A stretch of 64,000 nt of DNA from positions 1 to 64,000 of IMG/VR virus record IMGVR_UViG_3300017913_001136, one strand, 5' to 3'. Shown piece after piece: positions 20,001-28,990 of the stretch. Both the position numbers and the translations under genes were made by a program. The notes under the pieces are model-generated. The model saw only the letters and a list, made by a program, of their open reading frames with translations, did no database searches and was not told the DNA's origin. The stretch is from a virus. Taxonomy: Duplodnaviria; Caudoviricetes. Every line of letters starts with the position of its first letter. Position 1 is the stretch's first letter.

Positions 20001-22843
20001 TTATTTCCTGGAACCATTTGAATAAATGGTGCTTCGATATCGTTGACATAATATCCTTGACTAGATCCAGTCCCTTCGTAACGATGCGCTGTTGTTTTAG
20101 AAGCAACACTTACTGTTAGAACAGTTGCGTCTGAATCATGTACGAACATGATCCTTTCTACATTTTTAATACCCTCTGTTGATATAGTCTCTGTGAAGAT
20201 ACTGATAATTTCAGAAGAATCTAAAACGTCTGGAGTGTTGGTAAAGTTACCATAATTCAGATAGTAAGTTCCTTCTTGACCATCTAACTGATCTGCATTG
20301 ATACCAAGTGCGTCAATCGTTGCTTTATCAACCGTTGGGATAGTTGGTGTAGCAGTGAAGTTATTATAATCAAGATAGTAAGTGCTATCGTTTCCACCTA
20401 ATGTAGCAGCATCGATACCTGTTACAGTCTTGATGTAGTCACTATCTACAATCTGAAGAACCTGACCTGAGTCTACTGTAGATACACGAGCATTGATATA
20501 TGCGCTGTCAATAATATTGATAACAGCATCGGAATCAGTTGCACTTACTCTTGCATTGATATATGCAGAATCAATCAGTGCGGTGATATCTGAGTCTACA
20601 CGTGCTTTCGTATAGTAAAGATTATCACCTTCAGTCAGATTGGTTGTAGTGTGATTAGAAAGATCTGAAACAGTTCCTGTTACGTCACCAGTCAAGTCAC
20701 CTGTGACATCACCATAGAATCGATTCGCTTGAACATTCGCATACTCAAAAGAAGAATGACCTACATCGATATTTCCTTCTGGTTCAGGATTATATTTGTT
20801 GAAGAACTTAAACCGTTCATCTGATGCATCACGGAAGAAACCAGCATGAGTATATGGATTCGCTGAGTCGTTATAGTTACCAGAGAAACCAAAGTCTACA
20901 TTAACTGGTGCCGCAATACCTTTCCAAACATCACCCGAATCATGACCGTTCTCTGCCTCAAACTGAATACTGATACCATAACGAAGCGCAACTGATGGGG
21001 TTGATGAATCTAATGTAAATTCTGTTGGACCGCCAGCGGATTCAAAACCCTGTAGTGTAGCAAAGTTAGAATCAAATGACCATTGAATTTTATCGTGGTT
21101 CGAATGATCATCTGAGATTCTTACATAGTATGCTACATTTGAATCGCCTTTATAATGCCCTTTGAAGGTTGCATCGTTTAGACCAGATCCTGTGTGTACA
21201 GCAGAAGCGATAGTATCACCGCCACCAACATATACAAACTGATCAGCAACTTCCAAACTTGCGACAGATGTTTTTGTTTCTGTTCCAAGAATGTTCAGAT
21301 TACCAGCGATTGTTACATTACCGTCAAACCTTGATGTGCCAATAGTTCTTAGAGTCTCAAAGATTTCTGTTCTAGGATTAACCTGAATACAACCGCCAAC
21401 GTTGCCGCCACTAGCAGAATCAGATACAAGCACAACACCAATCTCAAACGCAAAGTTTGGATGCGTTGGGTTAAATGAAACCAATTCACCAGCAGAGTCA
21501 GGAGAAACGTGTACAACAGCACCTACTGAGAATGAGGCAGTATTCAATCCACCAAACAGACCACGCATGGTAACGAAACCATATTCTTCTGTTGGGATAT
21601 TGTGTGCTGTTAGACCAATTGTTTCATATACAGTTTCAAAGGTATCTGATTTCGCCAAAGCGATAGTTGGGAAATCGTTTGCTGCACCAGTAATATAAAC
21701 TGCTTTACCCTTATCGATCTGAGAACCAGTGTTGTTGTAAACCCTAACAATCTCGTCTTGAGCAATCTTAACATTGATACGATCGTTGGAATATGTGAGT
21801 GCATCTGGACCTTGGAAGTAGAACAGATTCCCTTCTTCAAAGGTCGGTAGATTATCAGGAACATTGATATCCGTAAATGTAGTTTCTCTGAAGTTTATTT
21901 TATCTACTTCACCGATAGAATCTACTGTGATACTTCTATGTGTAACTTCTGTATTATCACCACCAACATATTGATTGATAAACGCAGAATCGATAGTTCC
22001 TCTAATATAATCAGAGTCTGCTCTTGCTCTTACATAAGCAGAGTCAATGACTGGTGTATTAGTAAAATTGTTATAATTTAAATAATACGTTCCTTCAAAA
22101 CCATCGAGCGTATCAGCATTAGTATTCAATGCGTCTACAAAAGTCTTATCAACATCAATCGCAATAATGCTACTTATTGCTGCTGAGTCAAACGAACCAG
22201 AAACCGTTAATTGTCTTGACTGAATATACGCAGAGTCAATGATATTCGTAACATCTGCTGACTCGGCGATGCTACCTGCTGTCGTTTGATTGATGATTGT
22301 AATGTAGGATGAATCTACGATACTTCTTACGAAGTCTGAGTCTCTGAACCGATCACGTGCTTGAATATAGGCAGAGTCTACAATATTCGTTACGAATGAA
22401 GAGTCTATAGAATTAGAAAGATAAGTAGCATTGACGGTATTGTTAATGATGTTAACAACATCACCTGAGTCGATATCTGCTCTTGCGTTAATATACGCAG
22501 AGTCAATAATGCTGATAATAAATGCGGAATCTAAGACATCGCCAAAGTTGATAAGGTTATTGACGATGGTCGTGTCTAAACGATTATTGATATAATCTGA
22601 GTCGATTAATACAGTGACTTCACTTGAATCAAGTTGTGATTGGGCAACGGTTTCAATCTGGTCAACAAGGTTCTGTACAAGTGCAGAATCAATAAATGCT
22701 CTGATATTATTAGAGTCATCTTTATAGTAAAGTTTACCATCGGCAAAGTTAATAGCGAGTTCGCCATATTGCAGATCGCTACTGTCAGGAATCCTTCCTG
22801 CTACCGAAGATCGTTTGAGTAATACTTTTGGTGTCGTTGCCAT
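17096..22843 (-). CDS. Long tail-fibre-like protein (about 1915 aa), mosaic of repeats
   Basis: Probable start MATTPKVLLKRSS (GELAINFADGKLY motif) just after the upstream stop; IDSAY helical repeats, TTDDLTEG-NLY repeats, four TADSGQT-F...LNG repeats, cupredoxin-like domain; about 65 DS. Confidence 0.75.
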   Translation of the reverse strand: MATTPKVLLKRSSVAGRIPDSSDLQYGELAINFADGKLYYKDDSNNIRAFIDSALVQNLVDQIETVAQSQLDSSEVTVLIDSDYINNRLDTTIVNNLINFGDVLDSAFIISIIDSAYINARADIDSGDVVNIINNTVNATYLSNSIDSSFVTNIVDSAYIQARDRFRDSDFVRSIVDSSYITIINQTTAGSIAESADVTNIIDSAYIQSRQLTVSGSFDSAAISSIIAIDVDKTFVDALNTNADTLDGFEGTYYLNYNNFTNTPVIDSAYVRARADSDYIRGTIDSAFINQYVGGDNTEVTHRSITVDSIGEVDKINFRETTFTDINVPDNLPTFEEGNLFYFQGPDALTYSNDRINVKIAQDEIVRVYNNTGSQIDKGKAVYITGAANDFPTIALAKSDTFETVYETIGLTAHNIPTEEYGFVTMRGLFGGLNTASFSVGAVVHVSPDSAGELVSFNPTHPNFAFEIGVVLVSDSASGGNVGGCIQVNPRTEIFETLRTIGTSRFDGNVTIAGNLNILGTETKTSVASLEVADQFVYVGGGDTIASAVHTGSGLNDATFKGHYKGDSNVAYYVRISDDHSNHDKIQWSFDSNFATLQGFESAGGPTEFTLDSSTPSVALRYGISIQFEAENGHDSGDVWKGIAAPVNVDFGFSGNYNDSANPYTHAGFFRDASDERFKFFNKYNPEPEGNIDVGHSSFEYANVQANRFYGDVTGDLTGDVTGTVSDLSNHTTTNLTEGDNLYYTKARVDSDITALIDSAYINARVSATDSDAVINIIDSAYINARVSTVDSGQVLQIVDSDYIKTVTGIDAATLGGNDSTYYLDYNNFTATPTIPTVDKATIDALGINADQLDGQEGTYYLNYGNFTNTPDVLDSSEIISIFTETISTEGIKNVERIMFVHDSDATVLTVSVASKTTAHRYEGTGSSQGYYVNDIEAPFIQMVPGNKYRFDQAAATNASHPIKFYYEADKTTEYTTNVTTVGTAGSAGAYVEIEITDATPPVLHYQCQNHGYMGNAIFVQTRNLTGFDTDDLSEGSTNLYFTNTRADARADARIAAATTDDLTEGSTNLYYTKTRADSDIASTVQDEGSILNLRITNLITSTVDSAFVQARQIDSQRDSAFITDIIDSAYIQARQSDGGGGGSSITVQDEGVSLSTAATTFNFVGAGVSASGTGAVKTITIPGSSGGGGGGGANGPLVTKFTFTADSAITVFSDSDDNGNVLDYPFTNDNFNVYLNGILLVDSDDYTANDSSTLTLISATDSNDVVQIITFAEAGAATATGVDSAATITLIQNTVDSAFVSSRQTIFERGTLEVNKFIYEADSGQTEFTGADKFGTILTIDPEQIEVYLNGVLMEDTTDFSADSNSVTLTEAADSGYSLTVIETKGRVASSKNTLALSVYEFTADSGQTEFSGDDNSGVALNLTTGISEVFLNGIVLSEAQDYALTNTSVTLNLAADSGDLLTVHNTVSNNVSSVNYREYKFTNQSGRFINGQGMTFGDNSVQVFKNGSLLSQSEYSTVGGQTIYLNSSAILSDTFVVAVYGNGQSKVRIYNFTADSGQTVFTGNDDHNNDLIYAITNTNIVFLNGIALRDSDDYVRTNHTTLTLTQAANTGDELQIITYGHLEYDSSIAIPLERTQFEFTADSGQTAFTGTDDNALTFSYDPGRIDVYKNGLLLNAADFTATNGTSISLTTAADSGDTLSVVRFLGSTPLDGLDSSMVQRIVDSAYVSSVVDSGYILNIVDSNLLVTIVDSNYIASRVTATGVTVQNDGSTLATTGVTLNFTGSGVTASGTGATKTITIDGGGSTDSSAVSALIDSARFNWAEVDSTAETLVIGAKKIVNTKNQTTILTLPTGTLGDEVRIIDGYGNAATNNITITSSQKIIASDSDLILDIDRVAIGLVFYNDSQGWILIEN

Positions 22844-22845
22844 TT

Positions 22846-24507
22846 CTAGTAAGTCCCGCAATCAATAGTTGCTATTTCTACATTCCCTGCTGTGACTAAA
22901 AAGTCTACAGAGTCGAACTTAGCACCACCAATATTAGTGTCTGATGCTAGTTCTAATGATATGCTATATTCGTTCAATCCGTCATTATACAACACATCTA
23001 TACCTTGCCCATCATTTAACAATGATGCTACTCGATCGTCTACACGTTCGTTTGTAAAGTATAAATTCGTTGTTCCTTCGCTAAGACTGTCAGTTGTTTT
23101 CGTTAAGAAACGAACATCAAAGTCTGAGTCTGCACGATAGGTTCTATAATATAAGTTGCTATCACCTTCCGGAAGTTGGTCGGTGTTTGCTAATCCTAAG
23201 TCGCTATCAAAATTTGCTTTTGTATAAATTTGTTCAACATCAACGCTGATATCACCAGTCGTTGAGTTATAGGTAATGTCGCCCGAACCACTGAACAACG
23301 CACGAATATCATTTTCAAACAATGCATAATTAAACTGACCTGTTGAGTTGACATAAGTAAATGTGCCGAGTTCACCACCGTTCGTAGCAGATAATGCTGA
23401 TCTTGCCCTAAGATCTGTATAGTAAAGATTATTGCCTTCTGTGAGATCGTCAGTAGTTTTCTGACCAAAGTCTGAATCAAATCCTTCATATTCACCGCTG
23501 AACCCACCTTCTACTGTAAGTCCACCCTGTACAGTCAGATCGCTCTCGACTATCAGGTTTGGAGCATAAACGTCAATGTCTAAGTTCCAAGAGTGAGTTG
23601 GCGCATCGTAGTAAATATTTGCGTTCGCACCAGTGACGTGAATACCTGCCGAGTCTGCTTCGGTTCTATTAGTCGCACCAGAAGCGAGTGTGATATTTTT
23701 ATCTTCTACTGTAAGTGTCTGCGAGTTTACTGTAGTTGTTGTACCATCAACCTGTAGATCACCAGCGATGATAACTTTACCAGAGTTTCCGACAGGATTC
23801 GGGTCAAGAGTAAGATCGCCAGAGGTTGTGCTAATAGTATTGCCATCGACCTTGACATTATCTACTGTAAGACTTGCCAGTCCAAGAACATCAGAGTCAA
23901 GTGCGACTTCTACCTTTACTCCATCGCTGGGTTGGTCAATACGTTTAGTGTTAGTGTTCCATGTACCACGAACTTGAATAGTTCCACCAGTGGTAACATT
24001 ACCTGCACCATCTTGGTTGACGTCAGCACTCACAAAGGCGACATCATAGTTATCAAAATAATTAAGTGTCAGCGCATCTTGCGGATCAGTAGGATCAACA
24101 ACATCTTTGATCTGCGAAGTGCTTGCTGAGATGACCCCAGTAGTTGGGTCGAGAATTAGATTACCTGTTTCTGTAGATATTGTGTTTCCATCGATATCAA
24201 TGTTATCAACGTGGAACTCAGAAACTTTATTATTTTCATCAGTAATAACCGCATGCTGAGGAACTGTTTGCCCCTGCGGTTGATCCATCATGTCAGTGTA
24301 ATATTTACCGCCAACGATATGGACTTCGTTCGCTATGCCATTTGTATTCCCACCTGCACCAATAAATAATCTATCACCACCAGCAGAGTCGCCTGTGGTG
24401 TAGGAGTAACCCTGTTCACCAGTTGCAAGAATCTTTTTGCTAGTGTTTAACGAACTGCTAATCAGCGGAGTACGATTGGAGGTTTTAATGAGAATTCTTG
24501 ATGGCAT
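22846..24507 (-). CDS. Tail-fibre-like virion protein
   Basis: GEQGYSY...GDRLFIG, IDGNTIST repeats, DPQDALTLNY, VEDKNITL, TTDDLTEGNNLYYT. Confidence 0.75.
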   Translation of the reverse strand: MPSRILIKTSNRTPLISSSLNTSKKILATGEQGYSYTTGDSAGGDRLFIGAGGNTNGIANEVHIVGGKYYTDMMDQPQGQTVPQHAVITDENNKVSEFHVDNIDIDGNTISTETGNLILDPTTGVISASTSQIKDVVDPTDPQDALTLNYFDNYDVAFVSADVNQDGAGNVTTGGTIQVRGTWNTNTKRIDQPSDGVKVEVALDSDVLGLASLTVDNVKVDGNTISTTSGDLTLDPNPVGNSGKVIIAGDLQVDGTTTTVNSQTLTVEDKNITLASGATNRTEADSAGIHVTGANANIYYDAPTHSWNLDIDVYAPNLIVESDLTVQGGLTVEGGFSGEYEGFDSDFGQKTTDDLTEGNNLYYTDLRARSALSATNGGELGTFTYVNSTGQFNYALFENDIRALFSGSGDITYNSTTGDISVDVEQIYTKANFDSDLGLANTDQLPEGDSNLYYRTYRADSDFDVRFLTKTTDSLSEGTTNLYFTNERVDDRVASLLNDGQGIDVLYNDGLNEYSISLELASDTNIGGAKFDSVDFLVTAGNVEIATIDCGTY

Positions 24508-24788
24508 TAGAAGTCTCCTCCTGCTGAGTCACGCAAGAAATATGCTTTCGCATCTCCTCCAGATATGATTAATCCGTCTGGGACGTTTGTATAATCAAAC
24601 TTCTGAGTTGCGAAATTGAACTGAATCAAGTCGTGAGGAGTTGGACCAATCTCACCACTATCATTCAGTCCACTAATGTTTATGAGATCGCCAAGACCTT
24701 GTGCCTGTGCGCCAGTAACCTTTCGGACTGGTGTACCAATTATTATCTTGCGTATATGGGTCTGTACTGGGGGTGTTTCTTCTGCCAT
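24507..24788 (-). CDS. Small virion-associated hypothetical protein
   Basis: 93-aa ORF coupled to its neighbours; GLGDLINISG resembles LxDLxDV fibre repeats. Confidence 0.5.
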   Translation of the reverse strand: MAEETPPVQTHIRKIIIGTPVRKVTGAQAQGLGDLINISGLNDSGEIGPTPHDLIQFNFATQKFDYTNVPDGLIISGGDAKAYFLRDSAGGDF

Positions 24789-25139
24789 TTATGTCACCGA
24801 TGGACTCACTCGTATCTTTCCTTCAAGGATTCTCTCAATGATAGTTCTATTGTTACTATCTTCATAAGAGATCTCAACATCATAAACATAGTTGCCAACA
24901 CGAAGTGCGTCAGTTTGTTGATTTGTCAAGGAAAGAGTTATGATACCATCGGATGCAGGAGTATTGATAGCAACAGCGAAATCTGTTGTATCATCTGAAT
25001 CGGAGTTGTAGTTCCGTTTCATTTTAGCAGCAGCGTCGTAATTTGTGAGGTCTTTTTTGTTGCCTGAAGGGTCAACAAGTTCTAGTTGTACTGCAATGTC
25101 CGACCCTTTGTCGAACGTGAACTTTTCGTATTCTGCCAT
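24789..25139 (-). CDS. Conserved Ig-like (BppU-N-like) virion protein
   Basis: DLTNY-A-KMKRNY...GIITLSLTNQQT-AL..GNYVYDVEI...RILEGKIRVSPSVT. Confidence 0.6.
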   Translation of the reverse strand: MAEYEKFTFDKGSDIAVQLELVDPSGNKKDLTNYDAAAKMKRNYNSDSDDTTDFAVAINTPASDGIITLSLTNQQTDALRVGNYVYDVEISYEDSNNRTIIERILEGKIRVSPSVT

Positions 25140-25182
25140 TTTCCCAATCTCGATGCTAAGTAACTCGACATGATATTACACT

Positions 25183-25190
25183 TATTTATA
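25183..25190 (-). promoter_or_regulatory. Late promoter TATAAATA restarting transcription after the GT cassette
   Basis: Exact match overlapping the methyltransferase stop codon. Confidence 0.8.
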
Positions 25191-25755
25191 AAAAAACAAT
25201 ACTGAATCTAGTATAATTGTCGAACTTATCTTCAAAGGTATTGATGATTTTATTCTTAGCAGTCGTAACGCTGGCGACGAACTGATTTATATTTTCTTTA
25301 CAGTTTATGTGATCTTCTATCCCAAAGTAATCATTTGATTGTAGGATTACTACAGTCCCTTCTTTTTTCTTTTTAATCCAATTTTTAATTTCATCATCGG
25401 TCATATGTTCACAAGAACAACATACCAACACATTGTGATGGCGAGGGTTGTGTTTGTTTAGATCTATCGTTTTATATTTCACATTTGAAAAAAGTCTTAG
25501 ATCAGCGCATTTAGGGTCTATATCAAACGACTCAACATTTTTAAAATCGTCAAGCATGTGCGCAAGTAATCCATGCCAACCTGCAGCGATGGATATTTTA
25601 GGATTCTCGTACATTAATAAATAAGTTTGTAAACGATCATATAAGAGTTCTTTATTTCTTATCTGATTTTCGTTCACAGCATTCGTGATATCTTTCACGA
25701 GGGATATATCGTCAGTCTTATGAATCGTCTTTAGAATTTTATTATAATCTATCAT
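25186..25755 (-). CDS. Class I SAM-dependent methyltransferase
   Basis: Motif I-like IAAGWHG, acidic SFDIDP, CCSCEH, LQSNDY. Confidence 0.7.
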   Translation of the reverse strand: MIDYNKILKTIHKTDDISLVKDITNAVNENQIRNKELLYDRLQTYLLMYENPKISIAAGWHGLLAHMLDDFKNVESFDIDPKCADLRLFSNVKYKTIDLNKHNPRHHNVLVCCSCEHMTDDEIKNWIKKKKEGTVVILQSNDYFGIEDHINCKENINQFVASVTTAKNKIINTFEDKFDNYTRFSIVFL

Positions 25756-26665
25756 GAAAAGAATAATTTACAGTTTGTATATTGATATCCCACTTGAGGA
25801 ACTTGATGAGCAACCTCCTCATTTCAATTCTACGATATCCAAAACACTTCACACCAAAGAAGAGTTTCAAAAATATTATGACTGGTTGGTTCAATCCCAA
25901 ACAGCATACGCAAAAAAGAATCACACTGATTATATATTGTTCAAAGATGATGATCAATTCAAAGAATATAAGTCATGGTTTCTAAAAGAGTATCCTGAGA
26001 TAACTTCATACAACATAGTCAATTTCTACAAACTTCATTTGATGTATAAGTTGTTAGAAGAATATGACGAAGTTCTTTATATAGACTTTGATGTAATTCC
26101 CGTCAAAGAACTTAATTTCTTCGAACACTGGAATTTGAATAATGGTATATGTGTCTTATCTGGGATACAACCTTCACAAAGAGGGATATCGTTTAGTATG
26201 CCAGACATATTAAAAGAAAAAGATAAGACCCACAGTAACAGATCACCGATAGCAAAATACTGGAACGCACATGCTATGTTAACAGAAAGCGATAACTCTG
26301 TAGAAGGATGTGATGTCTTTAATACAGGAATCGTTGGTATCAACAGGAAGTTCGCAGACAAGTTGAGTTATTTTGAAAACTTTAACGAGACGATATCTTT
26401 CATGACCGAATTGAAAAAAAGAAACGATCTGATGTATCCTCCATATATTCAAAAACTATTTGGATACGATAATGAAACCATATGGGCATGGAAGGTATTA
26501 TCTCAGAATATATCGCATCAGAGTTTAGGTGAGGACTGGCACTATTTTATGGACAAGTGGGCATTTATTCCACAAAGTGCTATATTCGTTCATTGTATTA
26601 ATAAAAATTTTGAGTTTGTAAAGGGTTGGTATGAAGAGAATGATATTCTCGATCTTTTCAGATAA
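25754..26665 (+). CDS. GT-A fold glycosyltransferase 1
   Basis: FYKLHL...EVLYIDFDVIP (DxD), FNTGIVG, DNET, WH...FVHCINK. Confidence 0.75.
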   Translation: MKRIIYSLYIDIPLEELDEQPPHFNSTISKTLHTKEEFQKYYDWLVQSQTAYAKKNHTDYILFKDDDQFKEYKSWFLKEYPEITSYNIVNFYKLHLMYKLLEEYDEVLYIDFDVIPVKELNFFEHWNLNNGICVLSGIQPSQRGISFSMPDILKEKDKTHSNRSPIAKYWNAHAMLTESDNSVEGCDVFNTGIVGINRKFADKLSYFENFNETISFMTELKKRNDLMYPPYIQKLFGYDNETIWAWKVLSQNISHQSLGEDWHYFMDKWAFIPQSAIFVHCINKNFEFVKGWYEENDILDLFR

Positions 26666-27407
26666 TATCGAAAAAGATCATCAGTCAAGTAACGATTATA
26701 AGAAACAACAGTTCACGAAGTATGCTCACCTCTTAGAAGAGAAACAAAAAGAGTATGCAAGAATATGTGGTGCTGAATATAATCTATTCAAAGTTGATAC
26801 GGAAAGATATGATCAAATACAATTTGATAAGATTCATATGTTTGACGAACTGGTATACAATTATGACGAAGTTCTATATCTTGACTTCGATGTAGTTCCG
26901 CAGAAAGAGGATAATTTTTTTGAACATCACGACTTAGATGCTGTTTGTGCATATTCCTTTGAAAGAAAACCAAGCAGTAGAGTTATAGAAAGAAAGATCC
27001 GAGAGGATGATTTTGATGGGATGAATGTTTTCTCAAAAGGTTGTTGTAAACAATCTATGCTTTTGCTTCATGATATATCGAGTGACTACTCTATAATCAA
27101 TACAGGAGTTCTCGGTATGAATAGAAGGTCGGTTGCAAACTTAAACTTCACTGATGATATTGTAGAGGCATGGACAACTTATTTTGAGTGTAGAAATGAT
27201 AATATATATCCAGAAGAAATAAATAAATATTGGCGTGGCAATAACGAAGTATTCATCACATATATGATAGAGAAGAATAAGGTTAAATTCAACAATATCG
27301 GTATGCCATGGAACTTTATGCTGGATGAATATGAACCAAATCCATCAGATGCTGCATATCTTTTACATTATGTCCATAAGGATTTTAAATTTGTGGAATC
27401 AAAATAA
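26631..27407 (+). CDS. GT-A fold glycosyltransferase 2 (paralog of GT1)
   Basis: MKRMIFS start like GT1; FDKIH...EVLYLDFDVVP, INTGVLG, NNEV, WN...LLHYVHK. Confidence 0.75.
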   Translation: MKRMIFSIFSDNIEKDHQSSNDYKKQQFTKYAHLLEEKQKEYARICGAEYNLFKVDTERYDQIQFDKIHMFDELVYNYDEVLYLDFDVVPQKEDNFFEHHDLDAVCAYSFERKPSSRVIERKIREDDFDGMNVFSKGCCKQSMLLLHDISSDYSIINTGVLGMNRRSVANLNFTDDIVEAWTTYFECRNDNIYPEEINKYWRGNNEVFITYMIEKNKVKFNNIGMPWNFMLDEYEPNPSDAAYLLHYVHKDFKFVESK

Positions 27408-28038
27408 AATAGTAATTGATGCATCTAACACTTGTACATTAGAATGTCCTAGATGTGCGAGACAGTTGTATCCAGAGTATGGATTACCCAAAGCAGGGTT
27501 TGAACAATCTGGCAATCTTTCGGTTGAAAATTTTAAAAAACTTCTTAACAAATTTAACAACTTCACTTTTTGTGGGCAAGTAAGTGACCCAATTATGAAT
27601 CCAAATTTAATTGAGATGCTTCAATTAATATACTCGGAAGGAAAAGATGTATCAGTAATGACTGCTGCTACAGTGAAGAATAGAAAAGAAGATTGGTATC
27701 GTAAAGCATTTGAAGCACACCCAAAGGCAAGATGGGTGTTTGGAATTGATGGTCTACCAGAAGAAAGTAATTTGTACAGGATAAATCAAGACGGAGAGTT
27801 CTTGTACGAGATGATGAAACTCTGTGCGAAGATTTGTAAGGTTAGTGAATGGCAATATATTGTTTTTTCATATAACGAGGATAATATAGAAACAGCAATG
27901 GCCATGGCGAAAGAAAATAAAATCCGTTTCTCCTTAAACTTTAGTTCAAGATGGAGTGGAGAAAAAGATCCATACAAACCAACGATTGATAAGTATCAAT
28001 TTAAACGACCAGATGAATGGAAAACACTTTGGAAGTAG
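27325..28038 (+). CDS. Radical SAM enzyme (core domain; true start probably 27370-27390)
   Basis: CTLECPRC CxxxCxxC; GQVSDP, FGIDG, LYRINQD, WQYIVFSYNE. Confidence 0.85.
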   Translation: MNMNQIHQMLHIFYIMSIRILNLWNQNKIVIDASNTCTLECPRCARQLYPEYGLPKAGFEQSGNLSVENFKKLLNKFNNFTFCGQVSDPIMNPNLIEMLQLIYSEGKDVSVMTAATVKNRKEDWYRKAFEAHPKARWVFGIDGLPEESNLYRINQDGEFLYEMMKLCAKICKVSEWQYIVFSYNEDNIETAMAMAKENKIRFSLNFSSRWSGEKDPYKPTIDKYQFKRPDEWKTLWK

Positions 28039-28436
28039 ATGATATCAAAAAGAATAAAGTTCTAAGTCCAAAGTGCATCAACGATGGAGAAAGGTTTCCA
28101 TCATATAGTTGCTCTGGATGGTTAACTCCCTGTTGTTGGGTTGATGGGTATTGGGCAGAAAAAGAGTTTCCTCAGTTTTTCGATGAAGAATTAAAACTTG
28201 ATAATGTGGATGACGTTGATGAAATATTATTAAGTGAGGTGTGGATAGATTTCTTCAAGACATTAACTGAAACTCCAGAAAAAGCACCAAATACATGTTG
28301 GCGATATTGTGGAGTATTTAACTCAACAGTAGAAAAGGCAGAAGAGATAAAGAAAGATTTAAATATAGCACCGTCAAGCGTGTGGGATCAAAAATGTGCA
28401 CACGGTGTAAGAATAAAAGTTCTGAGTGATAAATGA
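28017..28436 (+). CDS. Stand-alone SPASM/Twitch-like Fe-S domain protein
   Basis: PKC...GWLTPCCW...EILLSEVW...PNTCWRYCG cysteine pattern, directly after the radical SAM gene. Confidence 0.6.
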   Translation: MENTLEVDDIKKNKVLSPKCINDGERFPSYSCSGWLTPCCWVDGYWAEKEFPQFFDEELKLDNVDDVDEILLSEVWIDFFKTLTETPEKAPNTCWRYCGVFNSTVEKAEEIKKDLNIAPSSVWDQKCAHGVRIKVLSDK

Positions 28437-28990
28437 GAATAATATGTGTTCGCACTGGTGATAAGTATGACCAGTGGTATGAAGATAATCTAAAATATAT
28501 GATTGACAAGTATTCTGGTCTTGAATATGATTCGTATGAAGTGATTCGTGATGATGTATACGAACTATCTGTAGCAAATAAATTGTTAATGTTTGATCGT
28601 TACAGAGAAGGGCAAAACCTCTTCTTTGATCTCGACGTTTGCATTAAAGGCGATTGTAATAGATTTTTGTACGAAAGTCTGCACGTCTTACGAGCATGGT
28701 GGAGACCAGATTACCATACCCCATTGAACTCTTCGATTATATCTTGGCAAGGTGATTATTCTCACATATACAAAGAGTGGGAAAGTGATCCCGAATATTA
28801 TATGTTCAAATATTACAAAGGAATTGATCAGTTCTTATATGAACAGTTCAATCCTACTGCGATATATTGGGGGTTCAATTCTTTACAGACTATAGAAGAA
28901 GAGGATCCCAGATATGCTGTGACCCTCTTTAATCAAAGATATGAATACATGAAGCGAAACGGATGGTGGAGTAAATACTTTATTTCTTAA
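28433..28990 (+). CDS. GT-A fold glycosyltransferase 3 (GT8-like, short)
   Basis: ICVRTGDKY, NKLLMF, LFFDLDV (DxD), LNSSIISW, YKGIDQFL. Confidence 0.7.
   Translation: MRIICVRTGDKYDQWYEDNLKYMIDKYSGLEYDSYEVIRDDVYELSVANKLLMFDRYREGQNLFFDLDVCIKGDCNRFLYESLHVLRAWWRPDYHTPLNSSIISWQGDYSHIYKEWESDPEYYMFKYYKGIDQFLYEQFNPTAIYWGFNSLQTIEEEDPRYAVTLFNQRYEYMKRNGWWSKYFIS

Noticed and set aside
17096-22843. DS as just a helix N-cap in an amplified repeat
   Set aside because: Plausible for IDSAY/LDSAE repeats, but it does not explain DS in beta-helix, LamG, sheath, gp8, gp15 and VrlC contexts. Kept as the null hypothesis, not the main explanation.
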